Below, in pieces: positions 45,093 to 56,826 of a stretch of DNA of 64,000 nucleotides. The translations under genes were made by a program, and so were the position numbers. The stretch comes from Schizochytrium sp. TIO01 (Eukaryota > Protista > Bigyra: Labyrinthulomycetes): positions 806,001 to 870,000 of the forward strand of contig SMSO01000007.1 in NCBI GenBank assembly GCA_004764695.1, in the 5' to 3' direction. The notes beneath the pieces were generated by a model. It saw nothing but the letters and a program-made list of their open reading frames with translations, made no database searches and was not told the DNA's origin. Position 1 is the stretch's first letter, and each line of letters starts with the position of its first letter.

Positions 45093-45887
45093 CCCAGACT
45101 AACGTAATTCAAGTACTAGGTACAGACCTCTGGTGCTTCTGCAAACGCTTTGCAGAAGATCTCACTCCGCGAGGACCCATTCTTGAAACGACGCAGTGGG
45201 CTTATTCCTTAGCAGATTTCTAGCGCCCGCGCTTTTTCCTCGCCCTCTGACCCGGGCTGCATAAACAATCACTACAAGGTCAATATACTCATCCATATAA
45301 AGTAAAAGCTATTTATCGAGTCTAGCAAGTGAATTGTTTTCACGATAGATTATGTTCTCTAATTCAATGAACGACTTGTCAACTTCAAGTCACGTCCAAA
45401 ATTTATTTTCTTGCAACCTTTGTTACAACTTCGTGCATTTTGATTAGGTAAATTCAGGTCATGAGCGAAGCGAAGTTGGCTACTTTCTGGAGAATAGGTT
45501 TCACTTTGTCTGTCGCTACCAGGATGCCACAGTAGTTTGGAGGAATTGTGTGTTCCTTTACAATAGCTGTCACATCCGGTTCTGTCTGGTTAGTACTTCT
45601 CTCCCAGACCATGTCAGCCTCGAATTATAGACCGATTTTAGAATATCTTCTTTGCATTTTTTATTTTCAAGAAAGAAAAACGAAAGTCTAACGAGTAGAA
45701 TCTAACTGATCCGTTTATGTACATTCACAAAGCTATTAAGCCACAATGGTTCTCAATATTTTAAACAACTTGAAAAGTTATTCATACAGCGATCGAATAT
45801 GCCCTTCACCTCATTCTTCAATTTCTTCATAACTGGTCTCATCACCCTTCTTACCTAGGCGAGAACGCTAATTTAATTAATACTATG

Positions 45888-46110
45888 GCAAAGTAGCTTG
45901 TGCTGTGAAGCGTGCAGAGGTAGTCTGACAAGGACGGCGAACTCAGGAGAAAGAGAAAGAGGATAATATATGAGTTATTGGGATTTCGGGTCTGGATACA
46001 GGCTTGGATGAATGTATGATGTCAGTCCAATACACAGGATGTGTCGGACATGAGAGCTTGGTTAGGTTAGGTTAGGTCAGGTTTGGCAGTAGCTGTATAT
46101 TACTTCAATA
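45888..46110 (-). mobile_element. Partial solo LTR (5' half) of the same copia family
   Basis: Reverse complement reads TATTGAAGTAATATACAGCTACTGCC...CCTAACC..., matching 13128 onward. Also matches 12835-13075 directly. Confidence 0.88.
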
Positions 46111-47298
46111 AATACCAAACTTTCCAGAGCTTCGGCATCTTTGGGTTGCCACTAACTTAAAAATTAGAACTGTTTTCTAATATTTTTGTTGGGTATTTCT
46201 CTCTTCTACCCTTGAAAAGGGAAGTAAAAGATCCCTTGGTTTACCATGATCTCGCAGTTGTCGTCTTCCGATTCGGTTTTAATGCTCTTCCTATCTAAAT
46301 CAAGCAGGTGCTCAACACGTTGCCTCAAGTTTGCTAGGCATTCGAAATGTTGTTAGAAAAGCTGCTAGTTAGAAGCGTTAAATGCATAGCTAATTATTAT
46401 CTCCCCCGATCAACATGGCATTAGACCAAACTTGCAAGCAACCTAGTATTAATATTACAGATATTTGAGTAAAATCTAAACCCAAATGATTGAGCATCTC
46501 GTAACCTAGCAACTATATAGACGTTGCGGTAGTTCTGGCACTGTAAGGCCCGTGGTTCGTGCACTCAAGGTAAGCTGCCACCAAAGCTCAAGTCTCTTAG
46601 CTAGTGAGCTATATATAAGGCATCTTTTTAGAATAAACTTATAGCCTCCTTTTCAAACGGCGCATTTATTCCCAAGTTAGAAGATTTAGAACCATACATA
46701 CGCATTCCTATCTTTCAAAATGCAATTTAGACTCTTCATTTCGAAAACTTGATGAAGCGTGACCTGAAGGATATCGTTGAGTGGTTTTAAGATTTGAAGA
46801 AAATGCCAAGACTGCAAGAATCAAGATCCAATCTACGGCTAAGTATATATTTACGTCTATATGACCCAAAGAAATCATTTCTTAACGCTGAAATTTCCTA
46901 CAGAATTGTAAAAGACTTCAAGAATCACATTGTCACGTTTGTCTATACCCTGGTTGGTTCCCAAAGTTTCATAAAAGTGGCGATGGGACAACAACATTTT
47001 ATGAGACCTGTGAAGTTTTCCCCATCACTTAGAAATTGGTTCCTCACTGCGCTTCCTGGCAGAGAACAATTCAACTCTGCCCGTCGAGATGTCAGGATGA
47101 GGAAAGAAACGCCGAAGAGCCTGGCCATCATAGAACCTCATAGCGTAAACCATAGAAGTAGTGCGTACATTTATTTGCCCACGCGCCAAAATTATCGAAA
47201 TTTTCATGAGGTACTTTACCTAGGTACTAGTATGAAAAGATCACTAAAAGCAGAATCAATCGTAACCTTTCATCAACTCCTCCGTCTTATCCGCCGGG

Positions 47299-50200
47299 AT
47301 GGGCGTTGCGGAGAGTACGGAGGCCTCTGGATCCAATGTCGGCGCCCGAGAAGGTCTTCCACCTCGACCCTCGCGGCATGGGACTGAGGAATTGCCGTTC
47401 ATGGGCCGTCAGGCGAACGTCCCACCGCAGAACCTAGCTGGGGCTGCGGCCTTTAAGAGCCTCGACATATCCACATCGTCTTCGTCGTCTTCGTCATCCT
47501 CGTCGTCCTCGTCATCTTCTTCGTCCTCATCGTGGCCATCCAAATCATCAAAACTTTTGAGATCTCCAGGGTCCATAAAAGCTCACCAGTTATCTACTTT
47601 GGTGCCAACGACAACATCAAACAATAACCAGGCAGTGATGACCCCTGGGAACACAGGTTTGGCGGTCAATATGGGCACCTCATATGGAGTTAAGCACGGT
47701 ATGAAAAACAAAGGATTTCTGTCTCGGCAGAGTTCAGATGGGAGTGATGGAGAAACGAGGGCATCGCAGTCCGTGCAATCGTCGAGATCGAGGGCATCAT
47801 CATCATCGTCCTCGTCAACATCTAATTCAAAGCTTTCTTTTCCGTGGTTGGCCCCGAATTTTTTAGGCAGTAGTGTTGATGCGGTAGAAGCTGCTCAGGA
47901 GGCCAAGGTATCGGCAGTACAGCTCGCTATAGGCAATCCTGCGCTTTGGATTGACGATGAAAGTCTTGCAACAAAAATTGCACAACTACATGCCCTTGAT
48001 GAAGTATCCGCGGCCATGGTAGAGGCAGGTCCTCAGGGTCTTACAGAGATTAGTGACGATTTTTTGCAGCTTCTCTTTGCTGTATTTCTCAACAGTGATT
48101 CAACCGAGGCACAGCTCAAGGGATCAAGATTGCTCTGGCTAATTCTCTCTGGCGTCAATCCTGGATGGGAACCAGAGGACTTTCCTCCGCGGGGAATCCC
48201 AACAACATTAATGTCATCTGAAACACAAAGATCGGTTGCAATGATCGACGAAGCTATGATCAATGGCACAGAAACAAGGTTCTTTCCATATGCACTTTTG
48301 CCACTCATTCTTTCAAGCAATGAAGAAGTTGTGTGCTACTCTACAGCGTGCCTTTGCTTAATACTTGGTCGACAAAAGATTCCATGTCTCTTTGATGATC
48401 ATGCAGACGATCTTGATCGCCTAGTGCATGCACTTGCCTCAAACTCAATGTCTGCGGATCAGCGAATTCAGCTTGTTTCAATATCCACTCTGACCAGCAT
48501 TGCTGCTGATCGGTCTGTCAACCAAGCAATGACTGGTGCCGGCACTATTGATAACCTCGTCGCGGTGCTGAATAGAGACGAGAGTACGTCAAGCGTTGTG
48601 TGTGCTGCATCTATTTGTCTGCGTCTTCTTGTGCAACAGTGCGCAAGCGAAGCACTTCCGCTTCTTTTGAAACCAGCACCGTCTGGTACTCCGGGCATTT
48701 GTGTAGTGTTATGCAGGCTTCATGATTTCTTTTTCGAGACAGCAAATGTACGTCGACGTTCTGCAGCTAGCAAGTCCTCAATTATGGATTCCCTAATTAT
48801 TGCTGGGATATCTTTGCGCAGCCCAAGCTTGTTTGCCTTGATGACTTCAAACAAGGTTACATCCTTAAATATCATACCTCTGGCCTTAAAAGCACTTGAC
48901 TTTGTCAAGACAAAGCAGCACAATCTCAACTGCACAGCCATCCTCTCAGAGTTACTTCTTGATCTTTTTCAACATCATTCGTGCATGGTCGAAGTTCTTT
49001 TGGGAGGTCGAGTAGACGCTATCAAAAGTGCTCTTGACTTGTCAAGTGAGTGTGCATACAAGAACATGCCTCTCTCACCAGATGAGTTGGAACAATGTCG
49101 CACTGAGCGAACCATGGGTGCAAACAAAGTAATTCTACAGCTTGCAGAGTTCCTGAGTGTGATTACAGATGACGCAGCATTACGTATTGATGCCACGAAG
49201 GTTGTCCAGAGTGTCTTACTTCCTAAAATTTGGATCGGTCTTCACAGCTGTCTGGCAGCTTCAGACAGCTCAGAATTTGCCACAGCAAACGGGCATCACG
49301 CAACACGAAGATTTGCTCTCGCTGCGATCACATTTCTTGCGTTGAGAGAAGAATGGGCGTATGAAGTCTTTAGATTTCGCCAGGCTGCAATGGTTACCCG
49401 CCTTCTGGATTTAGGCCATGCGTTATATAGCCTATGCGCTTCTGCGATGAGCCGGGAGAGAATAAGGCCATATGTGTCGAGCACAGAGAGCAAAGGTCAC
49501 GGAAGCTTTTCAAGTAATAATAGTTTTGACGTTGATGGTGATCATGAAACAATCGCTGATGCTGTCGCCGCAATTGTTGCCGGAAGCAACAGTAGCAACA
49601 ACACTAGTGATGATGTACATATATGCTCCTCTATCGAAGAAAGTATAGAACCTGAACAAGAGACTGATGACAAACATGAGAAAGCCTCACGTCTTTTCTT
49701 TGCGACCATCTGTGTTTCATTGCATCTTGTTACCCGCGCACTAAGTTCTCTGGCTATGTATGACCAAATTATACAAAAGCAAGCATCTCACGACCGACTT
49801 TTGATCAGCCTTTGGAAATATTTCGCTCTTGTTGGACATGATGATCTATCATTTCCCGTGTCTTGGGATCTTCTCTGTTCCGTGCACCCCAACAATCACA
49901 TCTTGAAGAATCTTTGTATGGAGCACAAGTCACTAACAGGACCACCATCTAAAAGTTACTGTGATGCGCCCACTCTTTCTGTTACAGCGGTAGATGAGAA
50001 GGACGGACAAAGCCTTTCTAATAATCAAGCAGAGGCAGAAAATTTTAACACAAACGCTAATGTCTTCACGGATCAGCAAAAGTCCTCGGAGAACTGTCGT
50101 AAACGAAACCTTGTCTTAAATGCCATAACTGTGGAAGCCTCCCTGGGCAAGGCGCTTGTGCAAACTAGGTTTCATGGTCGCCTCTCAAATAGCTTAATTA

Positions 50201-51822
50201 CATCAAGTAACGCACATGAACTTGCTGACTCTCAGGATGCGAAGACGTCTGAAGAAGGTGACGAAGCAATCTTGGTGTGGACATCAAGGTGGGTAGATGC
50301 AGCAATGGGTTTTCTGAAACAATATCCCTGCGATAATCATATCAAGGCAAAATCGTTCGCACTAATGACCATGTCGCTTCGGCAACATGACTGGACACGC
50401 CTGTGGCGCAACCATCCAGAATCAAGCCTATCAGAGGATATGTGGCCTTGGGTGCCATCTGTAGTTAATGTGCTTGCCAACAGCCTGGATGAAATGGCAC
50501 CAAAGTCCCTGTCTCGAGCAAGTGCATATCAGAACGGTCACGCTGTTGAAGATGTAGCAAGCATTCGCGGGGTCTTGAGCACAATCATTGAATTAGTTCT
50601 ACCAGCGGGATTTGAAAGGCAGCATGACCTCCTCTTACATCTCAAGTTTGCTCATCAACATTCTTTAAACGCTGAGAGTGCTGGTAATACAATGGCTCAC
50701 ATAGTTGTACATGGAAAACCTCAGCATGTACGGGAGCTACACCTTTCAGAAAGCGTTAGTCAGTTTTCTCCGTGGGGTGTTTCGTTTGTGTCTTCAAAAG
50801 ACGCCTTTCGTATCGGTAAAATGAAGAAAAACCCTCGTTTGAGTCTGGGTGCAACACGAAATCAGAATCATGCACATTTATCTAAACGAGGTTGGACTAT
50901 AAGTTTTTGGGCCCGGTGTGAGTCAAGCGGATATAATAGTCTTGTAGGCGATGCTCATGTAAACAATGAAGCTGCCCAAGGGTCTCGGTCGCTGCATGTC
51001 TTAGCTAGCGCGTCTAATGGAGACTTTCCAGTCGCGGCACTCGCTACTCCGGACGGAATTGAATTAGGCTGCATGGAAACGGTGACCGAAAAAGATCAAG
51101 ATGATGTGTTCACTCAGCTACAGCAACGGTTTGAATTATTTTCCTTGGCAGGAAAGTCACGATCATCCTCTATTGATCGACACAGCAGATGGCATGGATC
51201 TGGGTTTGCTATAGATCGCTTGGTGCCTGGGTGGCATCATTTTGTGGTTGTTAGTGATGGAGAGTCTACACGTTTTTTTATGGACTCTTCGCAGCAGGGT
51301 GAAACTGTACATTATGCGACGCAGGGTGCGGACTTGCAGATGCTTGGTAATTCACTCAGTCTCCAACATGGGTTTTTAACAAACTGGATTGTCGCAGACT
51401 TTCGCTTGTATGGAACAGCCATCCCTCCTGCAACCATAGCTGCGTCCCCTGTGCGGGTAGCTTTCAATAGGCGTCCCTGGGAAATGTGTAACGCCGAAGA
51501 CCTTGCACATGAGGTTGCACGGGATCGTTTAGGTGCTCTGATTATGGGGTCTCTACTTGCGGCAATCGAATTTGACGCTGTGGAGATTCGCCACTACGCC
51601 GCTGAGGTTCTTATGTTTTTAGCAGCACAACGCTGCAATCTCGCAAGAATTGTCGCTGCTTCGGGAACAAGAACCCTAGACAAGTATAGCAACATCAGCG
51701 CAGGTATGAATTCGTCATGGAAACAAGAACATAACAAAAGTTGTCAGCCTGGCAGTTACATTTGTGAGTTTGGAGCTTTTACTCAAAGTACCTTGTTACA
51801 GGTATTGATGAAAATTCAGTAA
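47299..51822 (+). CDS. Large uncharacterised protein: Ser-rich N-terminus, ARM/HEAT-like helical region, C-terminal LamG/concanavalin A-like domain
   Basis: 1507-aa open frame. ARM-like AGTIDNLVAVL...VCAASICLRLL; LamG-like WTISFW, WHHFVVVSDG..TRFFMD and ADFRLYG. Confidence 0.72.
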   Translation: MGVAESTEASGSNVGAREGLPPRPSRHGTEELPFMGRQANVPPQNLAGAAAFKSLDISTSSSSSSSSSSSSSSSSSSSWPSKSSKLLRSPGSIKAHQLSTLVPTTTSNNNQAVMTPGNTGLAVNMGTSYGVKHGMKNKGFLSRQSSDGSDGETRASQSVQSSRSRASSSSSSSTSNSKLSFPWLAPNFLGSSVDAVEAAQEAKVSAVQLAIGNPALWIDDESLATKIAQLHALDEVSAAMVEAGPQGLTEISDDFLQLLFAVFLNSDSTEAQLKGSRLLWLILSGVNPGWEPEDFPPRGIPTTLMSSETQRSVAMIDEAMINGTETRFFPYALLPLILSSNEEVVCYSTACLCLILGRQKIPCLFDDHADDLDRLVHALASNSMSADQRIQLVSISTLTSIAADRSVNQAMTGAGTIDNLVAVLNRDESTSSVVCAASICLRLLVQQCASEALPLLLKPAPSGTPGICVVLCRLHDFFFETANVRRRSAASKSSIMDSLIIAGISLRSPSLFALMTSNKVTSLNIIPLALKALDFVKTKQHNLNCTAILSELLLDLFQHHSCMVEVLLGGRVDAIKSALDLSSECAYKNMPLSPDELEQCRTERTMGANKVILQLAEFLSVITDDAALRIDATKVVQSVLLPKIWIGLHSCLAASDSSEFATANGHHATRRFALAAITFLALREEWAYEVFRFRQAAMVTRLLDLGHALYSLCASAMSRERIRPYVSSTESKGHGSFSSNNSFDVDGDHETIADAVAAIVAGSNSSNNTSDDVHICSSIEESIEPEQETDDKHEKASRLFFATICVSLHLVTRALSSLAMYDQIIQKQASHDRLLISLWKYFALVGHDDLSFPVSWDLLCSVHPNNHILKNLCMEHKSLTGPPSKSYCDAPTLSVTAVDEKDGQSLSNNQAEAENFNTNANVFTDQQKSSENCRKRNLVLNAITVEASLGKALVQTRFHGRLSNSLITSSNAHELADSQDAKTSEEGDEAILVWTSRWVDAAMGFLKQYPCDNHIKAKSFALMTMSLRQHDWTRLWRNHPESSLSEDMWPWVPSVVNVLANSLDEMAPKSLSRASAYQNGHAVEDVASIRGVLSTIIELVLPAGFERQHDLLLHLKFAHQHSLNAESAGNTMAHIVVHGKPQHVRELHLSESVSQFSPWGVSFVSSKDAFRIGKMKKNPRLSLGATRNQNHAHLSKRGWTISFWARCESSGYNSLVGDAHVNNEAAQGSRSLHVLASASNGDFPVAALATPDGIELGCMETVTEKDQDDVFTQLQQRFELFSLAGKSRSSSIDRHSRWHGSGFAIDRLVPGWHHFVVVSDGESTRFFMDSSQQGETVHYATQGADLQMLGNSLSLQHGFLTNWIVADFRLYGTAIPPATIAASPVRVAFNRRPWEMCNAEDLAHEVARDRLGALIMGSLLAAIEFDAVEIRHYAAEVLMFLAAQRCNLARIVAASGTRTLDKYSNISAGMNSSWKQEHNKSCQPGSYICEFGAFTQSTLLQVLMKIQ

Positions 51823-53041
51823 ATCCTCACAAGAAGGGATGTTTTCATGCTGATTAGCTTATCATCCTGACCTGAAAGAACTGTGGGCCTTACTTTTAAA
51901 GCTGAGGTAAAATATTTTTGCATGATGCATTACTATCAAGCTTTGCCCGTCTCTTTGTCGTACTCCTAGTTGGTGATAAGTCAGGACACCTTTTTACGTC
52001 TTTGCTGTGATTTCTGAACCTATATACGTATGATGAAAAGTCAAGATCTACTAGGGTACAATGGAGATATTTATCGATCTATGTTTTTTTATTTAAGTTG
52101 CTAGTATTTTTATCCGGATTTTGCACCTTTTTATTGTATCAAGACTTGAAATAGACGTTAAAATTGACCTTGCTAGAGTAGGTTTACCTTTTCCCTGAAG
52201 CAGTGATATATCAAAATTCCTTGGCCGGTCGCTGTAAGTTTTTGAGCTTCCTTGTAATTGAACTAGATGATTTTTTTCTTCACAGATTTGAACATGTTGC
52301 AGTAATACGCAAATACTCTTAAGCCTCGGCTGGTGGTCACAAGATGTCTGAGATACTTATTTGTAGTTGAACTACCTATGCCTGTCTCCTTTTTAAATTT
52401 CAAATTTGGTGTCTACTAGCCTGACACTAACTTATGGTGATGATGAATGAAAAGTGTGTTGTTGATGTATTTGGTAGGATCATTTGGCCGTAAAATATAA
52501 CATGAGACATTGGTTGTACATTCTTCACGGTTGCATTTACTATGGCTTATATTCGCTCCGGCCACTACTTAGTTAGCATCCGCCCCGAAGAAATCACTCC
52601 ATTATTCGGTCTTATCTAGCAGTTGCGTGGGCCTCACCATCAAAGGTTAGTTCCTCCTCTTTCGTTACCAAGTACGCGCTTCAACAACTCCAACGTTTTC
52701 CAATTTCCCGCTAAATCAAGAGCCGACATCTTGAAACTTTCACAAGAATTATATTAAGCGAGCGAGTGATTATATCAACTCGAATGCATACGCCTGCAAG
52801 TGCCATTTTATGAACAAGCTGATCAAAAATGCCTTACAGAAAACGTCTTGAAAATGTTTTGGCAAAACAAGTTTGCCATGTACAACAGAAGTGACTATTT
52901 ACCTATTTCCAAATTATGTTCACCAAACAAAATCGACTAAAATCATCTCTCTTCACCCCTGGCTAGCTCAAACCCTCAGCACAACGAAGCCGCAGTTGTC
53001 ACCAAAGCTAGAACTTTCTTTCACACTCTCGGCCCGCCACC

Positions 53042-53473
53042 ATGCCGCGCTTCTACTGTGACTACTGCGATATGTATCTGACGCATGACTCTGCGCATGG
53101 TCGCCGCCAACACCGGCTGGGTTGGAAACATCGACAAAACTTTGGCGCGTTTTATGAGCACATCTATGCGCAGGAAGAGGCAAAGAAAGCCCAAGAGGTA
53201 GCTCAACTTCAGATGCAGCAGCAGCAGAACTACATGGCCATGCAGCAGCAGCAGCAGATGCAGATGCAGATGCAGATGCAGTCACAAATGCCACCGCAGG
53301 ATATGGATATGCAACAAATGCACGGCCACTACGCCGGAATGCCACCTTTTCAGGGAGGTCCTTATGGCTATGCAAGCTACAATAACCAGAGCAATCAGCA
53401 CCTAGCGTATAGTCAACAAGATTATGGTCAACAGCAGCAGCAACAGCAGCAGCAACAGCAGCAGCAGCAGTAG
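53042..53473 (+). CDS. SNRPC: U1 snRNP protein C (U1-C)
   Basis: [17 protein letters not shown]...RRQH..GWKH..N is the U1-C zinc finger; Gln/Met-rich tail. Confidence 0.93.
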   Translation: MPRFYCDYCDMYLTHDSAHGRRQHRLGWKHRQNFGAFYEHIYAQEEAKKAQEVAQLQMQQQQNYMAMQQQQQMQMQMQMQSQMPPQDMDMQQMHGHYAGMPPFQGGPYGYASYNNQSNQHLAYSQQDYGQQQQQQQQQQQQQQ

Positions 53474-54387
53474 AATAAATCATTACGGGAATTCCAAAGG
53501 TTAAACGTGGTGACGGTTATGCCATCCTACCGATATGAAAGTCGAGCATAATTTGGAGACTTTGACGCGACTTTGCATTTCAGTTGTGGGAAGTCTTGGA
53601 AGGTATGTTTTCCCTATATTGCTCTTTGGGTTGAGGCGTTTTGCATATCCTGCAAAGTATGCATAGTTTGGAACAGTGCCTTGGTCCTGTATATCCAAGG
53701 GACGACGCCAAGCTCAAAGCTCAAACATACTTTGTGCAGCTTATCAAAGCAGCGTTTAAAGCTTAAAGGGCTTTTTCCCTATGGGTATTACCTCTAAGAA
53801 AATCTATGAAACGTGATGAGGCGGCACAACTAATCGAACTAGATTTGCTGAGGGTTAATTAGCACCAAGACAAGTAACAACCTACTGGAGTTTGATGAAC
53901 ACAATGTAGAAGAATAACCTGAAGCGAGGGTGGGATAATTCCCCTTATATATACTAGGTCACCGTATGATACAAGGTATCTTTGTTTGTATTTAAATCGT
54001 CTTTATTGACTTTATTTTGATACTTTTAGGGATGTAAGATAGATGGGTAACATTCCTATGCGAGATAAAAGATTTTACAAACGAAGAACAACGCTACTAC
54101 ATGCATGAAACTATTCAATGCAGTACAACGTTAATCTCAGCAGACCATATGGTAGTTCAACTAAAGCGAGGGCAAGTAGAATACTAATAAAATTATAACG
54201 TGAATTTTATTTTAAATGGTATGAGTATACAGTCAGGCCAAGGGCGCTAAATTTGCAGATACGTTTGATTTGATGGACAACTGTTGCAATAAAATTGGAC
54301 AAAAGAACTTAAATCAAATTATGGACCTGATCGAACGTCAAACAGGTGTTATGCATATTATAGTTTTCTGTCTCTCTCGACATGCAG

Positions 54388-55344
54388 TTATTCACTCTGG
54401 TTCTTCATGATCTCGCGGGCATCCGCCATGAGCTTGGGTGCCTTAGCGACAGTAATGTTGCGAAAAGTACCCGGCATGTATGTAGCAAGGTAGGCGAAGA
54501 TCTTTTCACGAGCACTGCCAAACATCCAGACCTCATACCGACAGCTGGAGATAGTCGCAAGGTAAAGCTCAGCGCAACGCTCCACTTTCATGCCATTGTC
54601 AATGTTCTTGTCAGCACCATTGAATTTCCTATCAGCAGTTGTTGTCACTGCATTTCGAGCGACGTTTGTACGAACGCTGCCTGGACAGATATTGGTTACA
54701 TGGATGTTATGAGGTGCAAGCTCCAAGCGGAGTGCGTCGAAGTGACCAATAATGGCAAACTTGGCCGCAGAGTACGCAGTGCGCATAGGCGTGCCAATCT
54801 TGCCGGCTAGTGAACTCGTGTTTACAATATGCCCCGATTTGCGCTCAATCATGCCGGGCAACACAAGTTTTGTGAGTTTGGCATAAGACAGGAAGTCGAC
54901 AGTCATTACCTTTGTGTCCACAGAAAAGTCCGCATCTTCAGCAAATGCGCGGGTGGAGATGCCACCATTGTTCACGAGGATGTCTATGCGACCAAAAGAA
55001 GCAAGTGCTTTGGAGGCCACGTCTTCGAGACTGTCGAGATCGCCAAGGTCGCAGGCTACCACAGCAGTTTCAGCACCTTTAAGCTGCTCAGCAAGATTTT
55101 CCAGAGGTTCTGTGCTTCGTGAAGAGAGAATAATCTTCACGCCAACATTAAGTGCTGCCAGCTGCCTTGCAAGCTCGGCACCGATTCCGCTGCTTGCGCC
55201 TGTGATCCACACAACCTTATCCTGATAGTAGTTTTTATCGCAGCGTGAAAGGCTTGAGCCCACATCTGCGTCAAGACCTGCAACTACGCCCACTCCAACA
55301 AGTGCAGCAGCTGCTGTCGCCACACGGCGCTGCCAAGGCTCCAT
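54388..55344 (-). CDS. Short-chain dehydrogenase/reductase, DHRS7-like, with N-terminal hydrophobic anchor
   Basis: VVWITGASSGIG, DILVNNGG, SS..GK, YSAAKFA, ICPGSVRT. ATG at 55344. Confidence 0.92.
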   Translation of the reverse strand: MEPWQRRVATAAAALVGVGVVAGLDADVGSSLSRCDKNYYQDKVVWITGASSGIGAELARQLAALNVGVKIILSSRSTEPLENLAEQLKGAETAVVACDLGDLDSLEDVASKALASFGRIDILVNNGGISTRAFAEDADFSVDTKVMTVDFLSYAKLTKLVLPGMIERKSGHIVNTSSLAGKIGTPMRTAYSAAKFAIIGHFDALRLELAPHNIHVTNICPGSVRTNVARNAVTTTADRKFNGADKNIDNGMKVERCAELYLATISSCRYEVWMFGSAREKIFAYLATYMPGTFRNITVAKAPKLMADAREIMKNQSE

Positions 55345-56826
55345 TCTTATCAAGCTGCTTTATTGCTTCGATATCAACACTCTCGGAGTCTACACGCAAT
55401 TGAGGATCTGCTTTGGAGCGGACTGGAACTAGAGATCTGCATCGTCAGCCTAAAAACCATCTTTTTTAATCCTTTAACTCTTAGGTGTCCTAGTTAATGT
55501 AAAAGCTAGGGAGTTCTTCTGGTATCTAATCTACCCTAGTAGAGGCTATGCTGAGTCTCTTTGTTTTGTTAAAGTACTTAATGGAGTAAGTAATGCAAGA
55601 TAATGGGCGGACTGCAGAGCTTGTAGTTTGGACAGTGTTAGAAGCCAATAAGTACAACAACAATCGCAAGATAGAGCTCTCACGAGTGTTTAGGCCAACT
55701 TTCGCTGGAATGTCAGTAACATTATCTTTTTTCATAAATTTCTAGGACCAAAGTACCAGGGAAAAACACTCTTCTAATAAGAATCAGAAAAATGCACTAA
55801 TCTGGAACCTCACTCAATTGAGGGTGGGAGGTATGATGTAAAATGGACTCAAGAGAGGGATGCGGGCGATGTAAAGTCAAGTTAGCTCTCGGGCACATGT
55901 ATGAGAAAATACTACTCTGAAAATCCAAAACTACTCAAAAATATGATTTATCGTGGAACCCATGTCAATGAGGTATTGTTCGCAAGTCACACTAGCGTCA
56001 GCCAATCATTAGCGACAGCCGTGAAAACTGCTTACAGCCTGATAAATCTGCTTTTACAACATTCAAACATGGGGTGTTTGGAACAGTATTTTGTTAATGG
56101 AGATTGAAAAACAAAACAAAACATCTCTATTGTTCGGGTCTGCTGGGCGTTATCTTTTTTCTTCCAAAAGATAAGGTTCTTATAGAGGCAGTAAACTGCC
56201 TTCCTTCTTGTATTTTTGCCAGACAAGCAAGACAATGCACCTTTTGAGAAAGATATAAAAAATGGTTGGTGCTCTTCAACTAAAGTTTTTGACAAATTGC
56301 TAGCAAATAAAGTTCACCATTTCGCTTTATGCTGCAATATCAATGTAGCTTCTGACAAGTTGCTAGTAACGAGCTTCAAAACAATATGTAAACCTTGACT
56401 TTTGAAGAAATTAGACATGCATTCTTTTAAAAAGAAATTAAACAAAGTCGCCTTGGACAGCTCAGGGATAACCAAGCAAGGAAACAACACACACATTCTC
56501 CCATCAAGGGTGCGCACATGAGACAAGTTTTAAACATAATAAATTATAGAGTGGAGGTCAATATAGCGTATCTATCTACGTGGTATCTATTTTAGTAAAA
56601 CAAGAAGATGTATGAGTTCAATTATATTAGGCATACTGGTTGATATATTGTTTTTGCATGTGAAGGAATGGAAATCAACGGAGTTGACTAGCTTGTGATG
56701 AAGGATTCTTGTTCACGAAATTAGTTAAAGTTAGAACTTTCGCCAACAGTGAATCATCTTTGAGATGGTATTTAATCTGTGTGATTTAAGATGATCATAT
56801 ATTCTTTGTCAAGAGAGAAAGCCTCT

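Noticed and set aside
46794-47387. 197-aa ORF upstream of the large ARM protein
   Set aside because: Non-ATG start, no motifs, overlaps the next gene's start; likely promoter/UTR.
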